Of a stretch of DNA of 64,000 nt, positions 24,652-37,222 are shown one piece after another. The stretch is from Takakia lepidozioides (taxonomy: Eukaryota; Plantae; Bryophyta). Position 1 is the stretch's first letter, and each line of letters starts with the position of its first letter. The stretch covers positions 27,900,001 through 27,964,000 of the forward strand of contig CM060731.1 in the NCBI GenBank assembly GCA_030704615.1. Reading direction: 5' to 3'. A program made the position numbers and the translations under genes. The notes under the pieces were generated by a model. The model was not told the origin of the DNA. It ran no database searches and saw only the letters and a list, made by a program, of their open reading frames with translations.

Positions 24652-25194
24652 ACTCCGGACACGACCTACCTACTTGCCAGACTTGTCTCTATATTTTCTT
24701 TTCTTTTTTTAAAAGGCACCAATAATTTATTAGAGGAAAAAATAAACCTCAATGATGCCATAAGGGATTGACACATCCAAGGGATGAGGGACGAGCCTCT
24801 TTTGTTCTTTTGTAAAGAAAGGGGGACAGAGGCCCTTCAAATTAAGAAAGAAATGGGAAAAATAATAACTCGTTATCCAAGAATCCACGAAGCAACGCAT
24901 GAGAGTGAGAGAAAGGGTGTAGAGGCCCAGAGTTGGTAGTTGGTACCTTGTGAGCATAGGGCCAGCAGGAAAAATAAAACTAGCAAGAGCACAATCCACG
25001 GTTATAGGAGTAACATGTTGAAATACAAGTCCATAGGGTACCGCTACGTTTGTAGGGTCAAATACATGGTCTATGAATAGCTAAAACCCCTAGACATAGA
25101 ATATAACACAAATATTTAGTAGTAAAATATTACTTTTAATATTAAACAGCAGTATTTCGCTAGCGAAATGTGAGAGATGTATTTCTCAAGTTCC

Positions 25195-25440
25195 AGCACA
25201 TCAGATGGTAGCTCAGCTGGTAAGTGCACAGTGTGTCGCCCTGGTGGTTTGGGGTTCAAACCCGCTGCCTTGCCTGGTGTGTGGATTGTTCGTGACCGGC
25301 TGGGCTGGTGGTGACGTTTCCCACCTGTGTGCCTGATGGCTGATCTGAAAGGGGGTTAATTTTTCCCCCTCCTCAAGGGCCTGAATTGTGAGCAGTCGCT
25401 CCCAGGTTTCCTTTAATAATTTAATTTAATTTATTTTTTT
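25195..25440 (+). mobile_element. tRNA-derived SINE
   Basis: A-box TAGCTCAGCTGG (25209-25220), B-box GGTTCAAACCC (25253-25263), no cloverleaf, unique body and AT-rich tail. The 3' body is shared with 27757-27795. Confidence 0.7.
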
Positions 25441-25883
25441 TAAATTTCCGAGAGTTTTCCTGAAGGCAAACCAAAAATATTATTTTTACAAAAATCAAAA
25501 AATCAAAAAATAACTTCGTTAGCAAAAACTCTTGTGCCACGGAAACACAAATTTTTCAAATGCCTCTCATTTTTTAATATTAAGGTCTTCATTGTGCCTA
25601 TGGGCCTCGCTAGTAATGCCCGTGGGCCAGCTCATAAGCCCACCGGGGTTTGCGGGAAGGTCCACTCACTCTACAGAGCCGCTAGTAGACAGCCGTTGGA
25701 GAGGGTCCACTTTGCAGTCGAGTCCACTCTGGAGGGTCCATTCTGCAATCCAAGGTTGGGGCGTCCATACGCCCGGTGCATACGAGGTCACAAGGACATA
25801 AGTGAGTCCACCAAGCCCACCCCCGCCATAGAAGAACAAGGACTTAGGAACATTTCAGAAAAAACAAGATTTAAAAATAAATA

Positions 25884-26017
25884 AATTACCAACGACCACC
25901 AATATGGGCGGTCGCTTCATTTAAAAATAAGTCAATTACCGACGACCGCCAATATAGGCGGTCGCTTAATTTAACAAAATATTAAATTACAAGCGACCAC
26001 CAATATGGGCGGTCGCT
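25884..26017. repeat. Three ~50-bp tandem units, each with the hairpin CGACCRCC-aatatr-GGCGGTCG
   Basis: Units start at ~25884, 25934 and 25985. They resemble subterminal repeats of a DNA transposon. Confidence 0.8.
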
Positions 26018-26248
26018 TTTATACAAAATGTTTAATTAATAACACACATTACAACCTGACAAGAATTGAAGACCCAACCTCATACATTTTATCCATTGTT
26101 TGTAACCATCATACTACCTATTCCAACTCATGTTTCCCTTGTTGGACATGGACATAAAGGGTTTTTTTTTTTTCAGAAACCCACCACTCATAGTATATAA
26201 GGGCTAGTCATGAATTTTATCTATATATATATATATGACTCCAACTTA

Positions 26249-26413
26249 TGTTTTAAATGGTTTATTTCATTCTAGTTCAAAGTTTTAAACATAAGCCATA
26301 AATACATAGATAGAAGAGCCAAACTAATCAAGTACATAGAGTCCAATTTTTTCTGTTTTAAATGGTATATTTCATACTAGTTCAAAGCTTTAAACATAAG
26401 CCATAAATACATA
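26249..26413. repeat. ~60-bp direct repeat pair
   Basis: TGTTTTAAATGGT.TATTTCAT.CTAGTTCAAAG.TTTAAACATAAGCCATAAATACATA occurs at ~26249 and ~26354. Confidence 0.8.
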
Positions 26414-27572
26414 CCGTGCCCTCATTCTCTAGCCATCACTACCCCAAACCACACATCTAACCAAGTGGAGTGGACGACCTTTGGCAAGCCTTGGCCTTGG
26501 GGAGGCTCTTAACCGGTTATGCTGGAAGGCAGTAGCCCTTGTGGTGAAGAGACACCATAATTAACGCTCCCTTTGGAGGCGTCTATATATATATATATTC
26601 TTTGTCCAGTTATTAGGTGTTCAGGGTATCAAAACCAGATTATTAACCTAGTTATCACTATATTGATAAACCAAAACCGACAATTTTCTTAAAAAGTGTG
26701 TTGTTGATAACATGTGGTTATGTGGTTTCAGATAACTTGGCTATATCGATAGCTCGACGTTATAAGCTGGTAAGTAATCGGAACGAGAACAAAATAGGGC
26801 AAATAACAATGCCATTTATGGATGTAAACATATATTACTGGCTCTTCTTTATTCTAAAGAGAAGACCACAAAATTAGTGTCGAAAATCACTAAACCCTTG
26901 TCCTGCAGTCCCCAAGTGTCACCTCCTCTCTTGGCTAAAAATTACTTCCTTTATGTGTCTTCTCCAGGTAACACCTCCCTCAGGTAATATCTGTTTTATT
27001 GAACAATTTATGGATGAATTAAATAAATGGATGAATTTTCAAGTTTATTATGGATGAAAGTAAATTTCACTATTCACAAAGAGGAGACATACGCGACTAG
27101 CCCCTTGTTTACATTCATTTTAGGGCTTGGGTTATAAGCGGGGAGGGGGCCTGCGCAAGCCTTCAATGTGGGCCATGTAGGACGTGGGCCCACAACATGC
27201 ACTTAAGTGTTTCCACTACCCTGTCCTGTCAATATTTAGATTACGATATATTAAATTAGATAAATAAATGATATGTATTAAACTAAATACGATTAATGGT
27301 TTATGTCAATGTTGGGCCGGTCTACTGTGCAGATCTTGGGATGGGCCCACACGAGATAGGTTTTAAAACCCCCCTCAAGGCCCAGTTGCTGCGGCTGGTG
27401 TTTCTTTGGAAACAAAAAAAAAAAAAAACCAAATAATCCAATAGTTAATTTTAGATGGAAAAAGAATTAATCTTTATATATGTGTGTTTCTACTAGATTC
27501 GAATCGCAAAACGAGTATTTAAATTAATATAGAGGAATTCAACATAATAGAAAAACAAATCTTATTCACAGA

Positions 27573-27577
27573 TGACG

Positions 27578-27609
<32 letters not shown>

Positions 27610-27652
27610 TGGAGCCTAAATCCAGCGCCTTAGACCACTCGGCCAAACCGTC
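27573..27652 (-). tRNA. tRNA-Leu-TAG: Cytosolic tRNA-Leu, anticodon UAG
   Basis: The minus strand reads GACGGTTTGGCCGAGTGGTCTAAGGCGCTGGATTTAGGCTCCAGTCCGAAAGGGCGTGGGTTCAAATCCCACAGCCGTCA, with acceptor stem, CTGGA/TCCAG anticodon stem and long variable arm. There is a T5 terminator ~20 nt downstream and a TATA-like element ~30 nt upstream. Confidence 0.97.
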
Positions 27653-27756
27653 CTCAATGAGAAAAGTTGAAGATATTAAGATATATATTCATGTTCTTAA
27701 TTGAGGATTACAATACCCTCCCTAGTTAATCTATAACTTGGTGTAGATTTGACATT

Positions 27757-27836
27757 GGCCTGATTTGTAAGCTGTCACTCGCTCCCAGGTGTTTCCCCCC
27801 CCTCCCCCAAAAAAAAAAGAAGAAAAGAAAAGAAAA
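27757..27836 (+). mobile_element. 5'-truncated SINE copy with A-rich tail
   Basis: GGCCTGATTTGTAAGCTGTCACTCGCTCCCAGGTGTTTCC resembles GGCCTGAATTGTGAGCAGTCGCTCCCAGGTTTCC at ~25378-25411 and is followed by an A-rich tail. Confidence 0.6.
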
Positions 27837-28849
27837 TCTGAAATTAGTACAGAATGATAAAACTCAAATGGGCTACTGACGGAATGGATTGCAAACCAAC
27901 ACAGACATGGGACATTCAATGATTCACTCACATGCATTGCATACAAAGACTCACGCCCAATGATTCTACACTGTTTTGATCAGGTTTGCAAGCGGCGTGT
28001 GTAAAAGAGCATCTCTCAAATCAGAAGGCTCACGCTATCATTTTCACACGACAATCATTTGAGGGCCCAAGTTGAGCTTGTCACGTACGGCCCGAGGAAG
28101 CTTCCACAAAGGAATCAATTCTGACCAGTGATTAAGTCTATTTGAAGAAGTGTTTGAAAATCAAGTGCTGTGGTCAGGCGGCGCCCATATTATAAAGTTA
28201 CGGGTCTTTCCCGGTCTTGACTGGTCACTGTGCCATTGCCCATAAGCTTCGGCCCTATTGTAGTGCGATGTTAATGAGTCCACAGTTCTTGAGGGATACA
28301 ATGTTTTGAGTTCTGTTCTTTTTACTTGTATGATACCAACGAATTAATGGGGCTCAGCGGGAGAGATGGTAGGGCTGATCAGAGGTAGAATCTATATTAG
28401 TATGCTTGGAAGATGATTGGAGGCTCCATGCTACAATTTCATTTAGCTACATTAATCTGCTTGCGATCTCAAGTAGGACCTGTAGCTGGTTGTGTATCCA
28501 AAAAATTTCACGCCAATAAAGTGTGGAGTCCAGATTCCAGAATAGAAGTATATGTGGCCAAATGTAGAAGAATATTTGTAATATGTGTGGCGTGCTAATC
28601 GGAGTGCTGACATTGGAGCCGCCTCCCTGCCCGACACTCCACTCATCCAATTCCCCAGCCACCGCCTTTGGCCACGCAGCGGCCCCACTTGGCATAGCCC
28701 CGTGTGAACACTGAACACCACTTGGACTGAACCAGTTTTGCGCCAGTACAACGACGCGGCAGTCCGACCGCCTGCGCCTGTCGCCACCTCGAACGTGGCT
28801 ATTGGTGTAAACATGCTACCAGACCCGGGTATGGAGTATGCACTAGTCG

Positions 28850-28998
28850 GTTATATGGAACCCTGACCGCCTGGGCTCCCCACTTGCTTAAACCCCCTTC
28901 TCTGAGCCATGGAGGGAGACAGATGACAAGGGTTTGAACCCCAAACTCACATGCCACATGCCAATATACGAGTAGCTTTCCACCAGGTCACAGCCCTG
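28850..28998 (-). mobile_element. tRNA-derived SINE-like copy
   Basis: Minus-strand A-box-like TGACCTGGTGG (28980-28990). GTTTGGGGTTCAAACCC is identical to the B-box context at 25247-25263, and a GAAGGGGGTT motif is shared. Confidence 0.55.
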
Positions 28999-29407
28999 TC
29001 CTGTTTTATTATACTTTTTAGAATTGAAGATATTTATTGGCCCTGCCCTTTTTTTAAGGGTAGGGACTACGCACCAGTTTGGTGAATTGGCCCTTAACCT
29101 TATATCATGGGTTGTTCCCATCAAAGGTATTGGGAACACATGTATTTAAAATGGGAACATGTCCACATGCGACATTTGTGGCTTATATGCGTATTGGGTG
29201 TTGCCAAAGTTGGTTGTTGGATGAAATAATGTAAGTGTTACTGGGTAAATTATATTAACCGTCATTCCATTAATTGAATTAAATTAAATTAACAAACATA
29301 TGAATTTGAAGTTTATATGTGGCGTAATTAAAATGATTGACAAGACTTGCATACATAGTTCATATTTATAAATGGAGTAATGTGGCATATGTAATATATG
29401 TCTTTAA

Positions 29408-30183
29408 CCCCTAAGCATCGTGAGCCAAATTGGAAAACAGCCCAAAAATGGGACCAACTGTCATGAATAACCCCATATATGCCAGCAAGGGTTCATCCAG
29501 GGAATGAACCATACTAACAGGTTCTTACCTACTCCACGCAGCTACTAACCAAATTTCAGAAGAAATGACCGTCAATTTAGGGAGATTATAACAAATTACC
29601 ATGGTGGGTTTATCAAGTCCAAGCAAATGTGGACAGAAAAAAACACTTTGACCAAGGAAATTTACCATCATAATTGTTTTTGCTCAGTCCCAGACCAACT
29701 CAGACAGATTCCTGGTGGGTTAGAGGTCTCCTCCTGAAATTGGAGGACCAAATTCCAAATAAATCTATTAGCTGGTTTGTATCTGCAATTAGGGGGGGTG
29801 CACTTGGCAGTGACAGAGAAAATGTTGCATACATCCTGTACATTGTAACCAAATGCACTTTCCTCTGGTGCAATTATGCCGTGCCCAAAGGTGAACAGGA
29901 ATGTGAAATTGATTTTAGAAAAATCCAAAAGCACAAGTGTAGATGGATGCACACAATTACTGCCACGTGGCAGGTCAACGGCCCAGGCCATGGATTCAAG
30001 GGCTTAGAAAACTTGTGGCGACCTGAGATTTTGTCCAATGGGGCGCATTAAATTCCCTCGTGCGCAGCTCCACGCCGCGCTCACTTTTCCTTCAGCGACC
30101 TTTTTCATCCAAGTACATCCACGGAAGCTATCCGTGGATGAAAACGGCTGCGACCCGATTCGGGTCGCGCAGGCCTTTAGGGG
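29408..30183. mobile_element. piggyBac-like non-autonomous DNA transposon
   Basis: TTAA at 29404-29407 and 30184-30187 flank termini CCCCTAA... and ...TTAGGGG. A degenerate TIR extends ~27 bp, and there are internal palindromes near the right end. Confidence 0.65.
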
Positions 30184-31750
30184 TTAAATTAAAGATTTTC
30201 ACAATCCTTCTCAAACTAGTTATCAATCTCAATTAGATCATATTTGGACAAATACAATAATATCTCCATGTAAATCTACTAGTGACGACTTTTGTTCCTT
30301 TTAATTGGAAATTTATATATTTTTTTAAATTAGGAACAATGTAAAAATATAATATAGGCATATGACCTTATAATACTTTAGAGGGCATGGGCTTCTCCGG
30401 CTGGCCCCAGTCAAATCTTCCCCACATTGTCTTATCCCAGATTCACTATTAAATACTTTAGAATGCTAGAGATTGTCAAACAATAATGAGTAGCCTGCTG
30501 GTAAGGTGACGGTAATGGAGGCAATGAGGTGAAACTTGGTTTGATTCCTGATGGGTGGTAATGTCATCCTTGACTTTCGTGTCATCCTCCATTGTGTAAC
30601 TTTCCCTAGTCTATTTTAAACTGAGCCAAATTTAGACAATCAAATTTGGAGATCAAATGTAAGTTACACTGAGTGGAATGTTACATTCCCTGCTGTATAA
30701 CCCAGTGTAAAACCCAAGAGGAGTTATAGCCCCCACCGTGTAACCCAGATTGGAGTTTACATCCCTCTCCGTAACCCACCAGCGTCCTCCGGGAAATAAT
30801 TTGAGTTGAACCAGCCAGTGGCCCCTCATTCCTTCCTGGCAGCAGCAACCGGCTATAGGTGGGTTAAGTTACACTCAGTGGATGCTTCCCTTAGAGGTAA
30901 CTATATCGGGTCACTTTCCTAGATAATCTTTTTATAATCAATAGTATTCCTAATGATTTTTTCTGTGTTCAACTATAAATCCGACCATTATAAATATCAA
31001 CACTTTCTACAAATGAAAAATAAAATCGGTTTCATACAAAGACAACACAAGTGTCAAATGCACAACAATAAGTAATAATAATAATAATAATCACAACCAG
31101 TTTTAAGCAATTCAAACAAGTGAAGAACATTGCATCCTTGATAGGAGTTGGACCTGTCAATGCCCTCAAACCAGTTGGAAGCCAACAATTGAACCCTTCT
31201 TAAATGCAAGGACCTCAACCAAAAAGTGCAGGTAGGCGTGGGGCTGCGAGAGCAACTAAGGTCCGAGTCCCTACTAGAGTTTGCCCCCAACCTCATGAGT
31301 TCAATATTTTTCCACCTAAACGCCCTTCGTGGGATGTAACCCGGCCTGGCACGCTGGATTTTGCCACATGGCAGACTTCAACGTCCATTTCCGTTTTTTC
31401 TAATACATAACAGCAAAGCACCCAGTTGATTTCCTCTTCGGCCATTTTTTCCCTAGGTTCCGTTTCCTAAGGTTTCATTTATCATTCGGAAAGCTTCGGT
31501 TCCGTCTGGGACTCGTCTGGAAGGCAGAAGGCTTTGGGTCCAAGACCATTTCGTTCGCTTCTTGGTAACCACTCGGCTAGCATGTAACTGGCTATCGGTT
31601 CTCCCCGTTGGTCCATAACCCACTGTTACTCGAACTAAAGTTACACTCCTTTCAGTTCAATGTCACTCTTAAAAGAGGGCTGGAAAATTTCAATATGCCG
31701 AAAACCGACCTACGGTACCATCTTGTCAGAGATCACATGCGTGCATTAAT

Positions 31751-32165
31751 ATAGACAAGAGACAAAAATTTAATATTAATAAGAGTTTTGACATTTCATT
31801 ACAGAATACTCTAATTATATCTATATGTACAATTATAAAATATTAGTAAATTGAAAAATCGAAGCAATATTTGGAAGTGCTATAACCTTTACATTGAACA
31901 TGTGAAGAAATGAATGAATGAATGAATGAAATATTAGAGCAGATTTGACAAAATTGCTTTTCATTTTTTCATTTTTTTATTTTTTTCCCACGCAATCCGG
32001 ATAACTTCAAGAATGTTGGTTGATGATGCGGCTTTCGAAACGTGGCGATGATGATGTGGCAGAGATAATGTCTTTTCTACTTATTTATTATTATTATTAT
32101 TATTTTGGGCAATACGGGCAGCTATAAAACAATGATGGCCATGATACGGCAGTGATGATGTGGCA
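31751..32165 (+). repeat. Interspersed AT-rich repeat (Helitron-like) homologous to ~35151-36170
   Basis: Shared blocks TAGACAAGAGACAAAAAT..AAGAGTTTTGA.ATTTCATTA, TATTAGTAAATTGAAA, TTTACATTGAA..TGTGAAGAAA, TATTAGAGCAGATTTG and GATGATG(A/T)(C/T)GTGGC. Confidence 0.6.
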
Positions 32166-32273
32166 ATCAATATTTTTAATAATCAAAATATTAAAAAGTA
32201 GATTTAAAATATTTAAGCATAGAGACGTCTAAATAGATGTACATATATATAATATTTATTATCGAGTTGGTTA

Positions 32274-35125
32274 TATTAGAAATCAACTCCTCACCAACTT
32301 ACTTCTGCTCGGAATTACTGGGATGACAAGTCACAATGCAGTATTAATAGTTGTGTTGACAAGTCGCTCTTTTGGATGGAAGATTTGATTGTATGGTCTT
32401 AGGAATTTGATACACGGGCTAGTGTTGTGGGCTACTTGGAGGCCTTTCTAAGTGATGAGCTTGAAATATCGGACGTTGATTCTGAGCAGGGAATATTGGG
32501 CATGCTAGGGAAGCGTCCATTGCAGTCGATGAGTAGCCCTATTTTGAATCTGCGTAAGTTCTATCATGCTGAGATCGAAAAGTTTGATGAACTAGTGGGT
32601 TTTGTGAGTGATGAGGAACTTCAGTGCGATCGTATGGAGATTGTGATGAAGAATTTACTTCAGATACCAAGTTTCTACTGTATGTTATCAGATGGACAAG
32701 AACCATCTGAATTGCCACCGGGGATGTTCAGCTGAATTGCCAGGTCTTGTTAACATATGATTCACATGATAAATGCCAAGCTTAGTATCATTTAGATTTA
32801 CATGGCAATTTAGCTAGGATTATATGCATAATTTGAGTATTTAGTTATCTTTTCTTCTATATTTCATCACATTGTATCCATGCGACGAAGCATGCTGGAT
32901 TTGAAGAGATCTAGATACTAAACCAGCCAAAATGATTGGATTGTTGAACCCAGTTGGTTTTTCAAGTAAGATTGGTTGGTGGTCATGGGAGTCTTGAAAT
33001 AACCGTGTTTTCCACTGACAAACTAACTCCAGTTGAGCATGCAGTTAATATGCTATAGTTATCTCTGCTAATTCTGGAATAGATCTTGAGTATAAATAGG
33101 AAGAACTTGGAGAAATAACAGGTTGTTGTGTTCCTATGGTCGGGTAAAGAACTTTCACTAAATTATTTCATCTTTCATTCATATTCTTTGTCAAATTCCA
33201 ACGTGCATGAAAAATGTAATGTTGTATTTCAATTATAATCTTGAGTGTCAAAACAAATCGGAGATGTTCTCTATGTTTCAGGACTGACAAAGTCTATATG
33301 TATAACATATATATATTTGATACTCTTGGAATATAGAGAACATCTCCGATCTATGTTGACAAAGAACTTTGCGAAGTATTATAGTTGAGTTTTCTACTAA
33401 TCTTTGCTGGTTGACGATCAACAATGAAGTGATAGCTGAGGTAATTCAAGATGCGAGATAATAAGTTGGTTGAGTCTGTCCAAACTTTACATGTGGATTG
33501 TAATACTATTCTCAAGCAGAGTGACCTCTAGCATTAAGGACTTGAACATGCCTCAATGCAAAGTTTGACATTCATGTCACTTAACAATCAGGGTGAAGTC
33601 ATGGATCTTACAGGGATCGGGTCTGGAGGTTTTGTGACGGATGTGTGTATGGTAAACACATTTTTCAAAGATGCAGGTTCTCGAACAAAGAAGGTTCTTG
33701 AGATGGTGCATATAGATCATGCAATCATATGTCAACTGAATCTCATGGTGGTACAAAATATTTTTAAACCTTCATTGATGATTTTCTAAGAATTTTTTTT
33801 TTATACAGTGGAAAACACGTTTGGGTTCCAAATGTTCAAAACTTTGGTGAACAAATCCCATATCCCATCCGTAGCCTTATCTACTATAGGTCATCAGCTA
33901 ATAGTTTAGCCTCCCTCACATTATTCGTAGCTAACAATCTAGCCTCCCTCAATACCCAAACTACAACTATAGCCTTATCTACTATATCATGATCAGCTAA
34001 TAGTGACCAAAATTAGATCATCAACATATAGTGTTATGATTATTGTGATCTCTGAAAAGAGTTTAAGATGATGGATCTGAAAAAAATCATTGTGATGTTG
34101 CACAAGCAGTTGGAGTTGTAAATCAGCAGAAGTATCTGAGCAATTGTAGATTATTTGTGGCTGCTCTAGCTAACAATACCATTTGCCAGCATAAACACAT
34201 AGCCAGATGTAGAACGTCAATTATCAACGTTACCAGCCCAATTTGCTTCACAATAACCATAAAGCTTTATGCTCTTGTAAGTATTATTTGAGATACACAT
34301 TTGTATCCATCAGTCCAATTTACCATTATCATTGTTCTTTCTCAAACACAGACCATAGTCCATTATGCCTATTAAGTAACGAAAATCCATTTTTACTGCA
34401 ACCCAATTGCCCAAGGTTAGCCACAAATTGGATCACGACCCCCACTGCTTGTGCAATATATTATCTTGTACAGACAATTGCATATATGAGGCTTCCCACA
34501 GCTCTGATAGAGGAATATATCTCGTTATCTCCAAGTTGTAGCATTTCTGGATACCATGGTTCGAGGAGGTGTCGCTCTCTCAAAGAGTCTAATTTTTAAT
34601 ACTCGCACAAAGCATATTGAGATTCATCATCATCTGGTACGAGAGAAGACCGAGGCATGAGTTATCAAATTGATATACCACAATACCAACAACATGGTTG
34701 CAAACGTATTGACAAAATGACTTAGTGCTGAAAAGCATTAACGCTTTCGAGGCTTGATGTGAGTAATTTAATGTTTAACTTGGTGACTCTTTGAATAAAG
34801 GTGTTAAAAATCAACTCCTTACCAACTTATTTCTATTCAGAATTATTATGATAGTCAACAACAATGATAAACCTTCATTAGTTTAAGTTAGCTTTAGTTA
34901 GCAGTGACTTAAGTTAGAGTACCAAAATAACAGTTGGAATAATTCAAATTGAGCATACAATTATGCTATAGTTATCTCAGCTATTCTGGAATAGATCTTG
35001 AGTTCAAATAGGGAATAACAACTTGTTGTGTTCCTATGGTTGGGTCAATAAAATTTCATTTTATGTTTCATCCTTATTGTCTGTCAAATTCCAGTATGTT
35101 AATTGTATTTATAATTAATCAATAG
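32274..35125 (+). mobile_element. Old, internally deleted Ty1/copia remnant with two diverged LTRs
   Basis: LTR-like direct repeats (32274 vs 34802 AAATCAACTCCT.ACCAACTTA; ~33035-33240 vs ~34950-35115). Integrase-like FFKDAGSRTKKVLEMVH at ~33660. RNaseH end RTKHIEIHHHLVREK...MVANVLTK at 34604-34710, then a degraded PPT and TGTT at 34802. Confidence 0.8.
33246..33361. repeat. ~115-nt fold-back (hairpin)
   Basis: ATCGGAGATGTTCTCTATGTTTCAGGA pairs with TCTTGGAATATAGAGAACATCTCCGAT. Pairing extends outward (TGTCAA/TTGACA) and partly inward. Confidence 0.8.
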
Positions 35126-35198
35126 ATCTATATCTTAAATGTCCAAAATATAGACAAGAGACAAAAATCCAACATTAAGAGTTTTGATATTTCATTAG

Positions 35199-35762
35199 CT
35201 ATTACTATCAATATATGCAAGGTTGTTTGTTTGTTTGTTTGTTTTGTTTTGTTTTGTAGCGTTGAGATCTCCCAAACCGCGGGCCCCAACCTTGGGGCTT
35301 GGTACCGTTGGAAAGCCCTCGATGAGGAGAGGTGCAACAACTTGGTCTCATAATTTTTGGACCTGTGGTGTGGGAGATATGGAATTTTCAAGTACTTTTG
35401 GTTGATGGAGATTCGTGAAAAAGAGCAAAGTGGGTTTTCCTGGAACAAGGATTAGCCCTTCATTTGTCTTTTTGTGCACGTGGATATAAATATAAATTGG
35501 GCTTTTTTAAAATACTGGCATTCACAATATTGTTTGTTGAGATCTCCAAAACACGGGGCCTCCGGCCACGATTTTAGTACTGTTGGAAAGCCCTCGATGA
35601 GTGGGGGTGCACCGACTTGGTTTCACAAAATCTGGACCTACGGGCCAAAGACTTATGGAATTATAAACAATTTTGGGCGCTGAAAATTCAACTAAATCAG
35701 GAAATTGCACTTGGTCTTAGATTTCACCTTCACACATGGGCCAACGGCAGAGGCTACCCTAG
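35199..35762 (+). mobile_element. Non-autonomous Helitron-like element with an internal duplication
   Basis: AT-rich start followed by a (GTTT)n microsatellite. Two internal copies of GAGATCTCC.AAAC...GTTGGAAAGCCCTCGATGAG...GGTGCA. The 3' end is a GC-rich subterminal segment followed by CTAG|T. Confidence 0.6.
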
Positions 35763-36490
35763 TTCATATTTACAATACATATATACTATCATATTATATT
35801 AGTAAATTGAAATGTGTTTACCACAAAACCAAAGAATTGAACTAGTCTCGAAGATTTGGCATACCATTGATTTCTGTCTGGTGGTTTTATCATAATTAAT
35901 ATCTAGAAGTAGTAACATTTACATTGAATGTGTGAAGAAACAAAAGAAATGAACAAAACAATACTAGAGCAAATTCGAAAAACAAAATTTCCTAAATTTA
36001 AATTTTCTGGGCAGCTTAAGAAAATGACGATGATGACGTGGCTGAAGAAAGCAAGAAAGTGCTATTAGAGCAGATTTGCACAAACAGAATTTCAAAATTC
36101 AGTTTTTTTTTTCCTGGGCAGCTTTAAGAAATGACGATGATGATGTGGCATGATGATGACGTGCCACTAGGGTACCCTATTCCTGCTCTACACTAAAGTT
36201 AGTTTGTGACCTTGAGTCGTCACTAGAATTTTATTATACATTTCAATACTACCACAATTTGTTACATTTGCTTTCTTATATCTAAGTAATAAATATATTT
36301 TGGCTTTGAAAATAGAGAGAGTAGACTCCGCCCAGAAATTTTATTATACAGTTCAATATTCCTACAATTTGTTACATTTTCTTTTTTATATCTAAGAAAT
36401 AAACATTTTATGGCTTTGAAAACAGAGAGTTAAAAAAAAAAAAAAAAAAACCCAGAGAGAGTAGACTCTGGCCAAAGTTGGGTACGTAAA

Positions 36491-37222
36491 GGCCCACTTT
36501 ACACTAGGAGTCGAGGCCAACAAATCTTGAGGCCAAAGAAGAGAAAATATGGGTACAATTGCATCTTGGGCCGGCCTCAAGTAAGCACTAAAATATCATA
36601 TCTTAGGGGCGGCCCCTAATGTAAATCTCTTGGGGCCAAGTAGTAGTGTATAATGTTGAAGTTGGGGCCCAAGGAGGAGAGGAGAAGATTGGATCGTGCG
36701 GTGGAGAATGAAGAAAACAAATAGTATTATAGTGTGGGGGAGGTCGGCCCCAAGGAGACTTGGTGGCCCCTCAAACCATGAGGGCTCCTTTTCTGCCCTT
36801 GGGGCCCAAACTTATGTAGAATAAAATGTATTATTTCATTTCAGCCTGGACTGGGATGCTCACAAGGCCAACCGAGCGAAAGAGTTGACGGTTATGTGGA
36901 TGCAAATGGACCTTTAATTTTTTAGAAATTGGGTCCTTCCAACAGCACCTGAACGGATTTATATTACTAGAAATGTATGTATTATTGGATTTATTTTATT
37001 TTATTTTATTTTGGAAATTTTCCAAATATTTCGTCGGATTTGGTATGGTGTAAGGGTCGAGAGTAAGGGCCACTTTTTCACTTTACGGCTAGTACCCCTT
37101 TTGGAGGTCCTAAGTGTAAAGGTCTTGGGGCCAGCCTTAAGCTCTCGACCAATAGGATCGCTCCATTCCCCACGGCCCCTGGCCTCGACTCCTAGTGTAA
37201 AGCTCCTAGTGTAAAGCGGGCC
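36491..37222. mobile_element. PIF/Harbinger (Tourist-like) MITE cluster
   Basis: GGCCCACTTTACACTAGGAGTCGAGGCCA at 36491 is inverted to TGGCCTCGACTCCTAGTGTAAAG...CTCCTAGTGTAAAGCGGGCC ending at 37222, followed by TAA. A further TAA|GGGCCACTT end lies at 37064. Confidence 0.6.

Noticed and set aside
25201-25275. Second tRNA gene
   Set aside because: It has A and B boxes but no acceptor or anticodon stems, so it is treated as a SINE head.
25884-26017. CRISPR-like palindromic repeat array
   Set aside because: Only three units, the linkers resemble each other and are AT-rich, there are no cas genes, and the context is eukaryotic.
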